NCBI GenBank assembly: GCA_963723365.1
Contig: CAVRRG010000035.1
Location: forward strand, 4,752 to 68,751
Length of the DNA stretch: 64,000 nt
Source: Calditrichota bacterium
GTDB lineage: Bacteria > Calditrichota > Calditrichia > Calditrichales > J004
Direction of reading: 5' to 3'
The position numbers and the translations under genes were made by a program. Shown piece after piece: positions 29,259 to 38,438 of the stretch; position 1 is the stretch's first letter; every line of letters begins with the position of its first letter. Below the pieces are notes generated by a model. The model was not told the origin of the DNA and did not search any database. It saw only the letters and a list, made by a program, of their open reading frames with translations.

Positions 29259-29276
29259 TAAGAGTAAAAACTCTTA
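29259..29276. promoter_or_regulatory. Perfect 7-4-7 palindrome TAAGAGT-AAAA-ACTCTTA upstream of rrf2-nosZ (candidate operator)
   Basis: Read directly from the sequence. It lies 23-40 nt upstream of the rrf2 ATG and abuts a minus-strand TATAAT at 29252-29257. Confidence 0.35.
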
Positions 29277-29286
29277 AATAGGGGTC

Positions 29287-29317
29287 AAAAAAAGGAGAAA
29301 ATAGGATTTCTCTCCTT
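29287..29317 (-). terminator. Terminator-like hairpin between the cytochrome c gene and rrf2
   Basis: The minus strand reads AAGGAGA-(loop)-TCTCCTT followed by TTTTT. The 7-bp stem can extend with wobble pairs. Moderate strength. Confidence 0.5.
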
Positions 29318-29329
29318 AATTGTTATTTA

Positions 29330-29818
29330 TTATTTGTTTTTAAATACTGGTGCAGCTGTAATATTTTGTTCGCGGCCTTCTTTTGCAACGAGTCTTAAAT
29401 ATTCTAAAACTTCTTTTGCCTGGTCCAGGGTCAGGTTCATATTAGTCATTGGAGCCAGATATTCAGCCAGCATATCCTGGCCAGTGGGATGTTTTTTGGT
29501 CATTTCATCCGGATTCAATATCATATTAAGAATATATTCAGGAGTTCGTCTTTCCGCGGTGTATCTTTGGGCAGGTCCTACAAAACGTTCATCCAGTTTA
29601 TGACAGGCAGCACATTTTAAATTGAATGTTGCTTCGCCGGTTTTTGCAAGATCCAGATTAATTTCTGCTAACTGAATTTTTTCAGTAATCGGACCTATGC
29701 CATTTTCCATTTGGAAATCTGTTAATCCATTTGGATTTGGCGCTTTTGTTTCTCCTTTTTCACCACACCCTATCATTAATCCAAATGATAAAACGATTAA
29801 TATTCCAACTAATTTCAT
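29330..29818 (-). CDS. Monoheme c-type cytochrome lipoprotein (NosC-like candidate electron donor)
   Basis: Lipobox MIGC, a single CAACHK heme motif, and a position upstream of nosZ. Confidence 0.8.
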   Translation of the reverse strand: MKLVGILIVLSFGLMIGCGEKGETKAPNPNGLTDFQMENGIGPITEKIQLAEINLDLAKTGEATFNLKCAACHKLDERFVGPAQRYTAERRTPEYILNMILNPDEMTKKHPTGQDMLAEYLAPMTNMNLTLDQAKEVLEYLRLVAKEGREQNITAAPVFKNK

Positions 29819-29969
29819 TTCTATATCTCCTTTATTTCAGACACTGTTATCTTAAATATACTATTTTATGTTTTTGTTTTCAAAACTATTTTTCATTTTT
29901 TTTCTGCTAATCCTTATAAATAAATTTACACAATGATCTCAAAGAAATTACAAATAAATCAAAAATATC

Positions 29970-31610
29970 TTACATGGTTGTTTTAATAAACTTATTTAGT
30001 GTTTCCCTCAAATTCTCACCACGCAGATCAATATCAGTGGCGATAATTTTACCTTTTGGGTCTACTAAAACCGGTTTGGGTATGCCACTCACTTCAAATC
30101 TTTTTGAAAGATCATTATCGAATCCACCCTCAACAAAGGTATGCAGCCAGGGCATAGACCACTTTTGTTTTCTATATGCATCAACATGTTCAATTTTAGG
30201 ATCAAAAGATAAACTTAAAATTGTAAAATTCTTATTCTTGAAATCGTCATAAATAGCGTGAAGGTTTGGCATTTCGGCGCGACAGGGAGCGCACCATACA
30301 GCCCAGAAGTCCATCAGATAAAATTTTCCTAACATGGATTCATCGCTGACTATTTCATCGCTATGTAAAAGCTTTATTTCAAATTTTGGAACTTGTTTTC
30401 CTATAAAAACGGCTTTAGAGGGATCAATTTGATTTACATACCAGCGCAGATCTTGCTGATCAGAGTATTTTTCTTTCAGCTCTTTGTGAATTTCAGTGAC
30501 CTTACTCAGATTGCCCTCTTTTTTAGCTTCAATTCCCTGCAAAGCTAACAACGTTGCCTTTACACGATGCGAGGTAATATTCTCAAAGTTAGCGTTTATC
30601 AATTGTTGGGTTTTTTCCGGACCATAGGCAGCTGTATAAATATCGATTAAAGAAAAATTATTTGCCGCCCACAGGGGATCTGTTATTCTTAGAATTTCTG
30701 CAGTTTTTTGTGCATCCCCTCCCGTATATCCATAATGAATTGTGCTTACATAACGCATGGCTGCATATCTTCGGATAAGATCATTTTTACTGTTCATTTT
30801 TTCTTCAAGAAATTTTGCAATCGGTTCAAAATTGAAATTAAATCCATCTGTTGATTTATTAATTTCAGCATATTGATTGCGTTCTTTGCGCCATTTTTTT
30901 TGATCGATATTTACTTTGTGATTTATCTGGGCAATCTGATTAATAATTTTATTGCCTTTGATTGAAATTTTTGCGGTGTTTTTAGGGGTTTTAATAAGTT
31001 TTGCAGGATCAAATATTATTTTTGCAGAACCGTCCCGGGTCATTATATAAGATCTGTAATCTCCGCCGCCATCGTATATGAGTTCGTCATACATGGTGCC
31101 ATTAACACTGTGACCATTTTTATCTATTTCCATAATTTGATAGCCAACTTTGGGAGAATCACTTTGCACTTCAAAGAAAAAAGTCCCGTCATTTTGCTTG
31201 CTCATATCATCAGCACTTCGGAATGAAAAACCATTCCAATCACCAATAATTTTTACATTTTCGAAGGTATTTTCATACTCAATCGCATCTAATTGAATTT
31301 CCAGGTTTATATCCAGATCTTTTTCATCAGTGATAATCGGTGTAAGATAGCCGATGTGGTTTGCCGCTGTAATATATAGTGAATAATACTGGCCTTCGGT
31401 GAGCTTAAAATTAAATTTTCCGTTTTCAGAGATTTGTTTGGATTCTATCGGGCGATAAATACTTTCACCGAAAACAGAAATATGAGCATGAGCCAGAACA
31501 GGGGGCTTACCGTCGGCATTGATAACTTTGCCTGCTATATTAATGTTAGCAAACGATATGCTTGCGCACAGGACAGAAAAAACTAATATGTATTTAAACA
31601 TTTGTGTCAC
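29970..31610 (-). CDS. Multidomain secreted TlpA/ResA-like thiol:disulfide oxidoreductase
   Basis: The C-terminal thioredoxin fold carries FWAVWCAPCRAEMP. N-terminal beta-sandwich segments include an IIGDWNGFSF E-set/CBM48-like stretch. Signal peptide present. Confidence 0.8.
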   Translation of the reverse strand: MTQMFKYILVFSVLCASISFANINIAGKVINADGKPPVLAHAHISVFGESIYRPIESKQISENGKFNFKLTEGQYYSLYITAANHIGYLTPIITDEKDLDINLEIQLDAIEYENTFENVKIIGDWNGFSFRSADDMSKQNDGTFFFEVQSDSPKVGYQIMEIDKNGHSVNGTMYDELIYDGGGDYRSYIMTRDGSAKIIFDPAKLIKTPKNTAKISIKGNKIINQIAQINHKVNIDQKKWRKERNQYAEINKSTDGFNFNFEPIAKFLEEKMNSKNDLIRRYAAMRYVSTIHYGYTGGDAQKTAEILRITDPLWAANNFSLIDIYTAAYGPEKTQQLINANFENITSHRVKATLLALQGIEAKKEGNLSKVTEIHKELKEKYSDQQDLRWYVNQIDPSKAVFIGKQVPKFEIKLLHSDEIVSDESMLGKFYLMDFWAVWCAPCRAEMPNLHAIYDDFKNKNFTILSLSFDPKIEHVDAYRKQKWSMPWLHTFVEGGFDNDLSKRFEVSGIPKPVLVDPKGKIIATDIDLRGENLRETLNKFIKTTM

Positions 31611-31811
31611 CTTTGTTTTGAATTTAAAAAATAATTTAAATATTAAATATTGCTAAAGCTACTCAGATTTAAGCTTCGAGAGTATTTATCACGTTTCAAC
31701 AGCGAAATAGTTACAATTATTGCTTAATTAAATATAGTATTATCCGAAATTAAGAAAAGAAATAGCTAAAAAAACAATCTATTCTATAATTATATCGATA
31801 AGGAGAAAAAT

Positions 31812-33320
31812 ATGCGAGTCTTAAAATGTTTATTGGTTCTGTTTTTTGCGGGCAATATTGCTTATGCCCAGGGTGCTGATATGGCGCCGCAGGATGGGGG
31901 AGGAGAAGGACTTGATTTTCATATGGGTCTTTCAGCTGGCGCTGTTGTGCTGGATGGAGAATTATATAATCAAATTGGTATTCGTCCGCTTATCACATTT
32001 GGCAAGCTTGGTATTGCCCTCGACTTAAGTATATATATGGATTCTGATGGGAATATTCGTGAAGAAAATTGGGATGATGCCAGTGATCTGTTTGAAAAAC
32101 TGTATTATGTGCGCTGGGCAAGACCCGGTGATCCATTTTATTTAAAGGTCGGAGCGATTGATAATTTCCGTTTAGGCTATGGGCTTTTAATGAACCATTA
32201 TGCAAATACAGTTGAGTATCCAAATGTAATTCGAACAGGAATGGAAATTGGGGTGGATACTAAAAACATGGGCTTTGAAGGTATGGTAAATAATTTCTCT
32301 GAATCTATTGATGGCGGTGGTGTTTACGCCGGCAGGTATATTGCTAAATTTGTTGGCGGTCTACAAATGGGGTTTAGTGTGGTTGCCGATGCCAATCAAT
32401 ATAAAGGGTTGAAAGACAGGGATAAAGACGGTGTGCCTGATTTTGCCGATGATTTTCCAAATAGAAAAAGATATCAGGTTGACTCAGATGGAGATGGTAA
32501 ACCGGATGAGATTGACTTTGACAGGGATGGGGATGGTTTTACTGATAATGTTAACGGGCCAAATGATGTGGTTATTGATTCATCATTGTTAAATGATGCA
32601 GATTTTGATCCTGCTAATTTAAAAGGCGATCCTTTCAATATAAATAAAGCCAAAGATAAGGCACAAATAGCTGTTGCAGTTGATTTAGGATTGCCCATTA
32701 TAGAAGCTGATTATTTGAACCTTGTAGTTTATTCTCAATACGCTCAATTTCTTGATGGTGGTGGTTGGGGTATTACCGCGCCGGGGATCAGAGCAAAGTT
32801 TGCTTTCATTAACGCTTTTGCCGAATATCGTATTTTTGGCGAAAAATTTTTACCGGAATATTTTAACAACACTTACGAATTAGAAAGAGCTGTTTTTTTT
32901 AATGATAGTATTGTAACAAAAAGCCAGGTCCAAAACAGTATTAATGAAGCACTGCAAGGATATGTAATTGGTGCTGATTTTAATATTGCTGATTTTCTTG
33001 TTTTTGGTGCTGAATATCAAAATATGTCTAAAAAGAAAATTGAATTTAAGACCTTCAGGGCCAGTTTAGACCTCAACGCCACTCTCATTCCAAAAATCAG
33101 TCAGGCCGGCGCTTATTATGTCCAGAATAATGCAGAAACCATTTTCAAACGATCAGCAGGAACTATTCTAGGATATAGATTTGGTTATGATATTGGCGGT
33201 GGTGCTACTCTGGTAATGGATTTCCGTCAGACTTACAGGGATTTAGATGGTAATGGTAAAATCCAGGGTGATAATGAAATTGTAAAATCAACCCTAATTC
33301 AAACTGTCTTTACATTTTAG
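31812..33320 (+). CDS. Outer-membrane protein with thrombospondin type-3 Ca-binding repeats
   Basis: Signal peptide present. Contains DRDKDGVPDFADDFP and DSDGDGKPDEIDFDRDGDGFTD. The C-terminus is ...TLIQTVFTF. Confidence 0.65.
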   Translation: MRVLKCLLVLFFAGNIAYAQGADMAPQDGGGEGLDFHMGLSAGAVVLDGELYNQIGIRPLITFGKLGIALDLSIYMDSDGNIREENWDDASDLFEKLYYVRWARPGDPFYLKVGAIDNFRLGYGLLMNHYANTVEYPNVIRTGMEIGVDTKNMGFEGMVNNFSESIDGGGVYAGRYIAKFVGGLQMGFSVVADANQYKGLKDRDKDGVPDFADDFPNRKRYQVDSDGDGKPDEIDFDRDGDGFTDNVNGPNDVVIDSSLLNDADFDPANLKGDPFNINKAKDKAQIAVAVDLGLPIIEADYLNLVVYSQYAQFLDGGGWGITAPGIRAKFAFINAFAEYRIFGEKFLPEYFNNTYELERAVFFNDSIVTKSQVQNSINEALQGYVIGADFNIADFLVFGAEYQNMSKKKIEFKTFRASLDLNATLIPKISQAGAYYVQNNAETIFKRSAGTILGYRFGYDIGGGATLVMDFRQTYRDLDGNGKIQGDNEIVKSTLIQTVFTF

Positions 33321-33344
33321 ACTTGAACTATTTTTCTCTCATAC

Positions 33345-33374
33345 AGGCTGCTTTTTAAAAAGGCAGCCTTTTTT
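33345..33374 (+). terminator. Rho-independent terminator
   Basis: AGGCTGC...GCAGCCT forms a stem (extendable to about 11 bp) followed by TTTTTT. Confidence 0.75.
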
Positions 33375-33443
33375 CTTTTAAAGATAATTCGTTTATAGTG
33401 AAACTTACATGTTGTATGAAATTCAAATCATTAAAATTGGAGA

Positions 33444-33974
33444 ATGGTAATGTGTAAAACAGTACTTATTTTTTTCATTTTTTTTAGTCAGATGTCTGCT
33501 CAGAATCCGGATGTTAAGCAACCGGTTGTTGAGGCAATGAAAGATTTTTCCGTTATGATTGGTAAATGGCAAGGAAACGGATGGAGAATCGATAGCAACA
33601 GAGAAAGGGATTCAAGTAGTGTCAATGAAGAATTACAATGGAAGTTAGACAGCACCGCCATCTTTATCCAGGGGATCGGAAAAAAAGATAATGGATTAGT
33701 GGTTCATAATGCAATGGCAATACTTTTTTATGATCCTTTTCAAAAACAATATAAAATGAACAGTCATTTGTCAAGTGGCCTATTTACACAGGCTACATTT
33801 GAAGTTAAAAAACCAAATGCGTTATATGTTTGGGGTTTTGAAACAGCAGGCGGTAAAGTGCGCTATACTATTAGTTTTAATTCTTCATCAGAATGGCATG
33901 AGGTTGGAGAATTTTCCAGAGATGGCGAAAACTGGTTTCAAACTTTTGAAATGAATCTCAATAAAGTAGAATAA
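33444..33974 (+). CDS. Secreted hypothetical protein
   Basis: 176-aa ORF with a signal peptide. I have no confident family assignment. Confidence 0.5.
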   Translation: MVMCKTVLIFFIFFSQMSAQNPDVKQPVVEAMKDFSVMIGKWQGNGWRIDSNRERDSSSVNEELQWKLDSTAIFIQGIGKKDNGLVVHNAMAILFYDPFQKQYKMNSHLSSGLFTQATFEVKKPNALYVWGFETAGGKVRYTISFNSSSEWHEVGEFSRDGENWFQTFEMNLNKVE

Positions 33975-34009
33975 AAATTAATTATGAAGGTTATTTAATA
34001 CAGCAATTC

Positions 34010-34702
34010 TTAGTGACGACATTCTTCAATAATTTTTTGAATATGAATAGAAGTGCTATCCAGATAACTAACTGAAATCTCATTTTCTTTTATGATTAAC
34101 GGCAGTTCAGTGCAGCCCATTATTGCTCCGTCACAATTATGTTTAAGGGCCTCATCATTGGCTATTGTGATAAATCTTTGTTTTGTATCAGGATTTATTA
34201 TTCCAAATTCAATTTCTGAAAAAATCTTTTCGTGCATAAACTCAATACTTTTCATTTCCGGAACAACCAGTTCAATTTGTCTTTTCTTAAAGACTTTATG
34301 ATAAAAGTCGGCGGTCATTGTAAATTTTGTTCCAAGAAGAAGTAATTTTTTAAAATTTTTGTCGGATGCAAAATCACACACTGCCTCAACTATACTTAGC
34401 ACAGGCAAGCTGCTTCTTGTATTTAGTTCTTCATATACTTTATGTATTGTGTTGGAGGCAATTAGTCCAAAGTCACATCCCGAGTGCTGTAACAACTCAA
34501 ATTTATGTGCCAGTAAATCGGTTATTAAATCCCATCTATTTTGTTCAGAGAAGGATAATAGCTCTTTGATATTACAGCTTTCTATTGTTATTTCCGGGTA
34601 TCCGGTTTTCTCATAAGTGGGTTTAAAACCTTCAATTATCCCCTTATAATAATCAACTGTTGATTCGGGACCTAAGCCGCCGATTATGCCAATTTTTTTC
34701 AT
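34010..34702 (-). CDS. Aspartate/glutamate racemase superfamily protein (Asp racemase-like, Ser/Cys variant)
   Basis: Shows IGIIGGLGPESTVDYY and MGCTELPL. The first catalytic-Cys position reads IASNTIH, i.e. Ser instead of Cys. Confidence 0.8.
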   Translation of the reverse strand: MKKIGIIGGLGPESTVDYYKGIIEGFKPTYEKTGYPEITIESCNIKELLSFSEQNRWDLITDLLAHKFELLQHSGCDFGLIASNTIHKVYEELNTRSSLPVLSIVEAVCDFASDKNFKKLLLLGTKFTMTADFYHKVFKKRQIELVVPEMKSIEFMHEKIFSEIEFGIINPDTKQRFITIANDEALKHNCDGAIMGCTELPLIIKENEISVSYLDSTSIHIQKIIEECRH

Positions 34703-35319
34703 AAATAAGTCACACCATACTTTTTTAATTCCATGGAAAACTGACCTGGATCTTTGTAATGAATCCCTCTTAATCCTAATTTTTTTGCCACATCTACATT
34801 AATCAATTTGTCATCAATAAAAATGGCTGTATCCGGCTCAGCGATTGCAAAACGTTGCAGAGAATAATTGTATATAGCGGGGTCAGGCTTTATCATTTTT
34901 ACTTCACCCGATACCACAATGTCATCGAACCATTTTAAAAAGGGAAACCTGCTTTTGGCAATGGGGAAAGTTTCATAGCTCCAGTTTGTAATAGAGAATA
35001 GTTTATACTTTTTAGATTGATATAAGGATTTTAAGATGTGCACTGTTTCTGGTATTTCTCCGATTAGCATTTTTTCCCAATCGTCAAGATAAACGGCTAT
35101 TTGTTTTTTGTATTCAGGGAACTTGATTGTTTTTTCAATTTTTGCCGTTTTGAATGTTTTCCCTTTGTCAAGACTTAAATTAAATTCATGGGTACATACA
35201 TTTTGAAAAAACCAATTGGTTTTTTCCTCATTATAATCAAAAGACTTTAAAATTACAGGGTGGGGGTTCCAATCTATTAGAACAGCGCCTAAATCAAAGA
35301 TCAGCGAATTAATTGCCAT
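34699..35319 (-). CDS. HAD-superfamily hydrolase (YihX-like)
   Basis: Motif I is FDLGAVLIDW, motif II is SITNW, and the IFIDD region is present. Overlaps the racemase gene by 4 nt. Confidence 0.75.
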   Translation of the reverse strand: MAINSLIFDLGAVLIDWNPHPVILKSFDYNEEKTNWFFQNVCTHEFNLSLDKGKTFKTAKIEKTIKFPEYKKQIAVYLDDWEKMLIGEIPETVHILKSLYQSKKYKLFSITNWSYETFPIAKSRFPFLKWFDDIVVSGEVKMIKPDPAIYNYSLQRFAIAEPDTAIFIDDKLINVDVAKKLGLRGIHYKDPGQFSMELKKYGVTYL

Positions 35320-35406
35320 TAAGCCTCTTTTGGTTCTCTTTTAAAAGAGGCATTTTACGAATATTCTAATCTAATTTCCTAAAAAATTATCGAAGAAGAT
35401 ATAGAT

Positions 35407-36045
35407 TCACTTTTTTACCAGTATTTTATTTCCGGATTTAACAAGTTTATTTCTCTTAAGACCGGTATGTAAAACATAATCATAATTTGATTGGTACATG
35501 TTTACCTGTTGCGGTCCTTTTAATACCTCATCTAAATTACCGTCTGCTTCCTGGTCAAGCAGTATTATCTCAGAGGCCGGATCATTATTTTTATTGGTAA
35601 TTTTAAATTCATTAAAAGGTGTACTCCCTTTTGGTTCAAAACTCTTTAAATGATAATTATATTCTGTGTTTTGCTGTATGTAATGTGTGAAAAGTACTTT
35701 TTGTACATTCAATTTGTTAGCATCTGCAAGTATATCAAGTCCGAAAGCATATATTTTTTGTGATTCCGCCAAAGTTTTATTTCCGATCACGATTTGATCG
35801 ACAACACCATCTCTATCAATATCCCTTACAACTAAATTTTTTCCGACTAACTGATTGAACGCTTTTGACTTTTCAGAAGAGGTGACAGATCGAATTGAAT
35901 AGCTGTCATTTTCGTATTTAAAATTAAAATAGGATGAAGATTTTGCAGTAGTTAATACAGAGCAATTGCTAAATAAGAGAAGGAGTATTGTAAACTGGAA
36001 GTATAATAATTTACTCCACATATATCCTCCATGGTTAGTGAACAA
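35407..36045 (-). CDS. Hypothetical secreted protein with two DxDxDG-like Ca-binding loops
   Basis: Contains DIDRDGVVDQ and DQEADGNLDE and an N-terminal hydrophobic signal. The start is uncertain; an alternative ATG lies at 36021. Confidence 0.5.
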   Translation of the reverse strand: MFTNHGGYMWSKLLYFQFTILLLLFSNCSVLTTAKSSSYFNFKYENDSYSIRSVTSSEKSKAFNQLVGKNLVVRDIDRDGVVDQIVIGNKTLAESQKIYAFGLDILADANKLNVQKVLFTHYIQQNTEYNYHLKSFEPKGSTPFNEFKITNKNNDPASEIILLDQEADGNLDEVLKGPQQVNMYQSNYDYVLHTGLKRNKLVKSGNKILVKK

Positions 36046-36112
36046 GGTTTTATGTATATAATATGCTAAAAATACACGTAATTCTCAATAAAATTTGTTA
36101 TTAAAAGAGTTT

Positions 36113-36658
36113 TTAAAAAATGATTCCGCCACCAATCAACATTACCGGTCCTATTGTAATATCAGTAGCGTCATTGCCGCCTGCCGGTTGCGAAACAAAG
36201 CCGATATCCAGGAAAGGATTAACTTTTTCAAATTTAAATTGCGTAATAACACTAAGGTTCAAACCTAAGCCATCCCCTGCATCATCACTATAGGATCGGT
36301 ATCCTATGTAAAGTGTTGGTATGAGAGTAATATTATTTTTTAGCTTAAATTTAACTTTCAATGTTGGACCAAATTCTGTCATTGTAATAGATCCGTATCC
36401 GTCATAATAAGGGGATGCATAGGTGAAAAACGCACCAAAACCAAAATTGTTGGAAAAAGAATTTAAATAAAGACTAGCTTCACCCTTGAAAAATTCAGTG
36501 TCTCCGAAATAAAAATACCTGTTAGCCTCTGCAAAATACAGTCCGTCATCTTCAAATATATATCCCGCTGAAATAGAAAACTCGGCGTTATTCAAAGACT
36601 GGGATATTAATATAGCGGGATATAACACTATTATTGCGATTAGAAATAATTTTTTCAT
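36113..36658 (-). CDS. Small outer-membrane beta-barrel protein
   Basis: The ATG at 36658 gives an MKKLFLIAII signal peptide. The sequence has alternating-polarity strands and ends ...GGGIIF. Confidence 0.6.
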   Translation of the reverse strand: MKKLFLIAIIVLYPAILISQSLNNAEFSISAGYIFEDDGLYFAEANRYFYFGDTEFFKGEASLYLNSFSNNFGFGAFFTYASPYYDGYGSITMTEFGPTLKVKFKLKNNITLIPTLYIGYRSYSDDAGDGLGLNLSVITQFKFEKVNPFLDIGFVSQPAGGNDATDITIGPVMLIGGGIIF

Positions 36659-36764
36659 ATTGGCTCCTTTTATTTTAATAATAATAAGATGAACATAGTC
36701 TAAAACCAACAGGTTTCTTATAAAATTTAGGATTCTCACAATTTGCAAAACTATGGAATATATT

Positions 36765-37988
36765 TTAATCCAGCCATCTTCTTGTGATCCACAGATTTAT
36801 GACAAAGCTGACTACTATAAGTATGGAGCAAAGTATCCACAAGAAAGAAAATCCAAACTTATCTATAACGATGAAGCCCAGAGAGGGGCCAAGAATATTT
36901 GTTAAAGACCACGACATCCAGTACATAGCAATATAATCACCTCTTCTCGGTAGCGGGCTTTTATTCAAAGCGATAGAGCTGTTTAATGGCAGAAACAATA
37001 ATTCACCAAAAGTCATCAGCAACATTGCAATAATTCCTATAGCGAAAGCGGGGGATATTAAAAAGGGCAGGAACGAAAGTCCTGTTAAAGTCAATCCAGT
37101 CAGTGTAGCACCTTTTATTCGTCCGGCATGCTCAATGATGTGAATAATGGGCATTTCTATAAAAGCTATAATCAGAGCATTTATCATAAGTAATAATCCA
37201 ATGTAGCGTTCATCATAGCCCCAGTCCGTTTTTAAAAATACAGGGATAGTGTGAAACCATTGAATAAAACAGAAACCCATTAAGAAGGTGGCGAATATGA
37301 AAAGCAGGTATTTTTTGTTTTTATATGGTGCAGGTGTATGCTGCCTTTCAGATGTATCTCTGTTTTTCTTTCTATCCTGTTTGTGAACATGCCAGTTGCG
37401 TGATTCAAACCAGAAATAAACAGCAGCGCTTATGCAAGTTAAACCATCAATCCAAAACAGGCCCGAATAACTTATACTTACTGCAATAAAGCCTCCCACC
37501 AGCGGACCAGCTGCCATACCTAAATTTATTGCCAGTCGAATCAAAGACATGGTGCGAGCGGTTTGAGATTTTGAAACGAATTCACCTGCCAGGGCCATCA
37601 CCGCAGGCCGGTAAGCTTCACCAAACAACGAGGTGATAAATATCAGTATAAAAATAGAGTAAAAATGTGTTGCAAACTGCAGGGAAATTAACAGAAACCC
37701 ACTAAATATAAGACTGTAAATAATAACAAAATTAGCGCCAATTCTGTCAGATAATTTTCCACCAAAGTATGCTCCTCCCAAAGAACCAAAGCCAAAAGCG
37801 CTTAGCAAAAAACCAGCTTCTAAAAATGTAAAATCCAGCACTGTTGTTAAATACACTGATAAAAATGGAATTACCATTGTTCCGCTGCGATTGATTATTG
37901 TGAGAACAAAAAGGGCCCAAATCTCCTTGGGGTGATGCGAGTAGGCATCTATATATAATTTTTTGGATTTTTTAATTGTTTCTTTCAT
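36765..37988 (-). CDS. MFS transporter
   Basis: 407 aa with about 12 TM helices and the GGKLSDRIG motif of the MFS loop 2-3. Confidence 0.8.
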   Translation of the reverse strand: MKETIKKSKKLYIDAYSHHPKEIWALFVLTIINRSGTMVIPFLSVYLTTVLDFTFLEAGFLLSAFGFGSLGGAYFGGKLSDRIGANFVIIYSLIFSGFLLISLQFATHFYSIFILIFITSLFGEAYRPAVMALAGEFVSKSQTARTMSLIRLAINLGMAAGPLVGGFIAVSISYSGLFWIDGLTCISAAVYFWFESRNWHVHKQDRKKNRDTSERQHTPAPYKNKKYLLFIFATFLMGFCFIQWFHTIPVFLKTDWGYDERYIGLLLMINALIIAFIEMPIIHIIEHAGRIKGATLTGLTLTGLSFLPFLISPAFAIGIIAMLLMTFGELLFLPLNSSIALNKSPLPRRGDYIAMYWMSWSLTNILGPSLGFIVIDKFGFSFLWILCSILIVVSFVINLWITRRWLD

Positions 37989-38021
37989 AAAAGGATTTTA
38001 GAAACAAAAAGTTTACTCAGG

Positions 38022-38315
38022 TCAGCTTATGGCAAGAGTTTGTTTAATATTTAGTACCAGGTTATCAATGGGGCCGGCGTGTTCAAAAATATCAACAGTT
38101 GGCAGAACATGCTTCATTTCATTTTTAATAAGTTTTTTTTCTGTTTCCAGAACGGCATCTCCAATGACCAGGAGGTCAAATGAAGTTAGCTTAATGCACT
38201 GTTTTGCATCCTCGAGGGATAGGCAGGGAATAGAATTAAAACCGCTAAGTTCCAGGATATCAAGCATTTTCTCCATTTGTTTGTACTCTTCACTGTAAAT
38301 CAAAACGGTTTTCAT
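38022..38315 (-). CDS. Hypothetical small protein (weakly receiver-domain-like)
   Basis: 97 aa with a KTVLIYSEE...FDLLVIGD pattern that resembles a degenerate CheY fold. The evidence is weak. Confidence 0.4.
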   Translation of the reverse strand: MKTVLIYSEEYKQMEKMLDILELSGFNSIPCLSLEDAKQCIKLTSFDLLVIGDAVLETEKKLIKNEMKHVLPTVDIFEHAGPIDNLVLNIKQTLAIS

Positions 38316-38438
38316 CGCATTATAAGATTTATTTATTTTTGAGTAGCCAGGAAAGAATGCTTAAAAGATATTGCAAAAATATGATAATTACAACCATCCA
38401 CGGATAGCAGTAATTACCATATTAAATTTGCTGGATTC

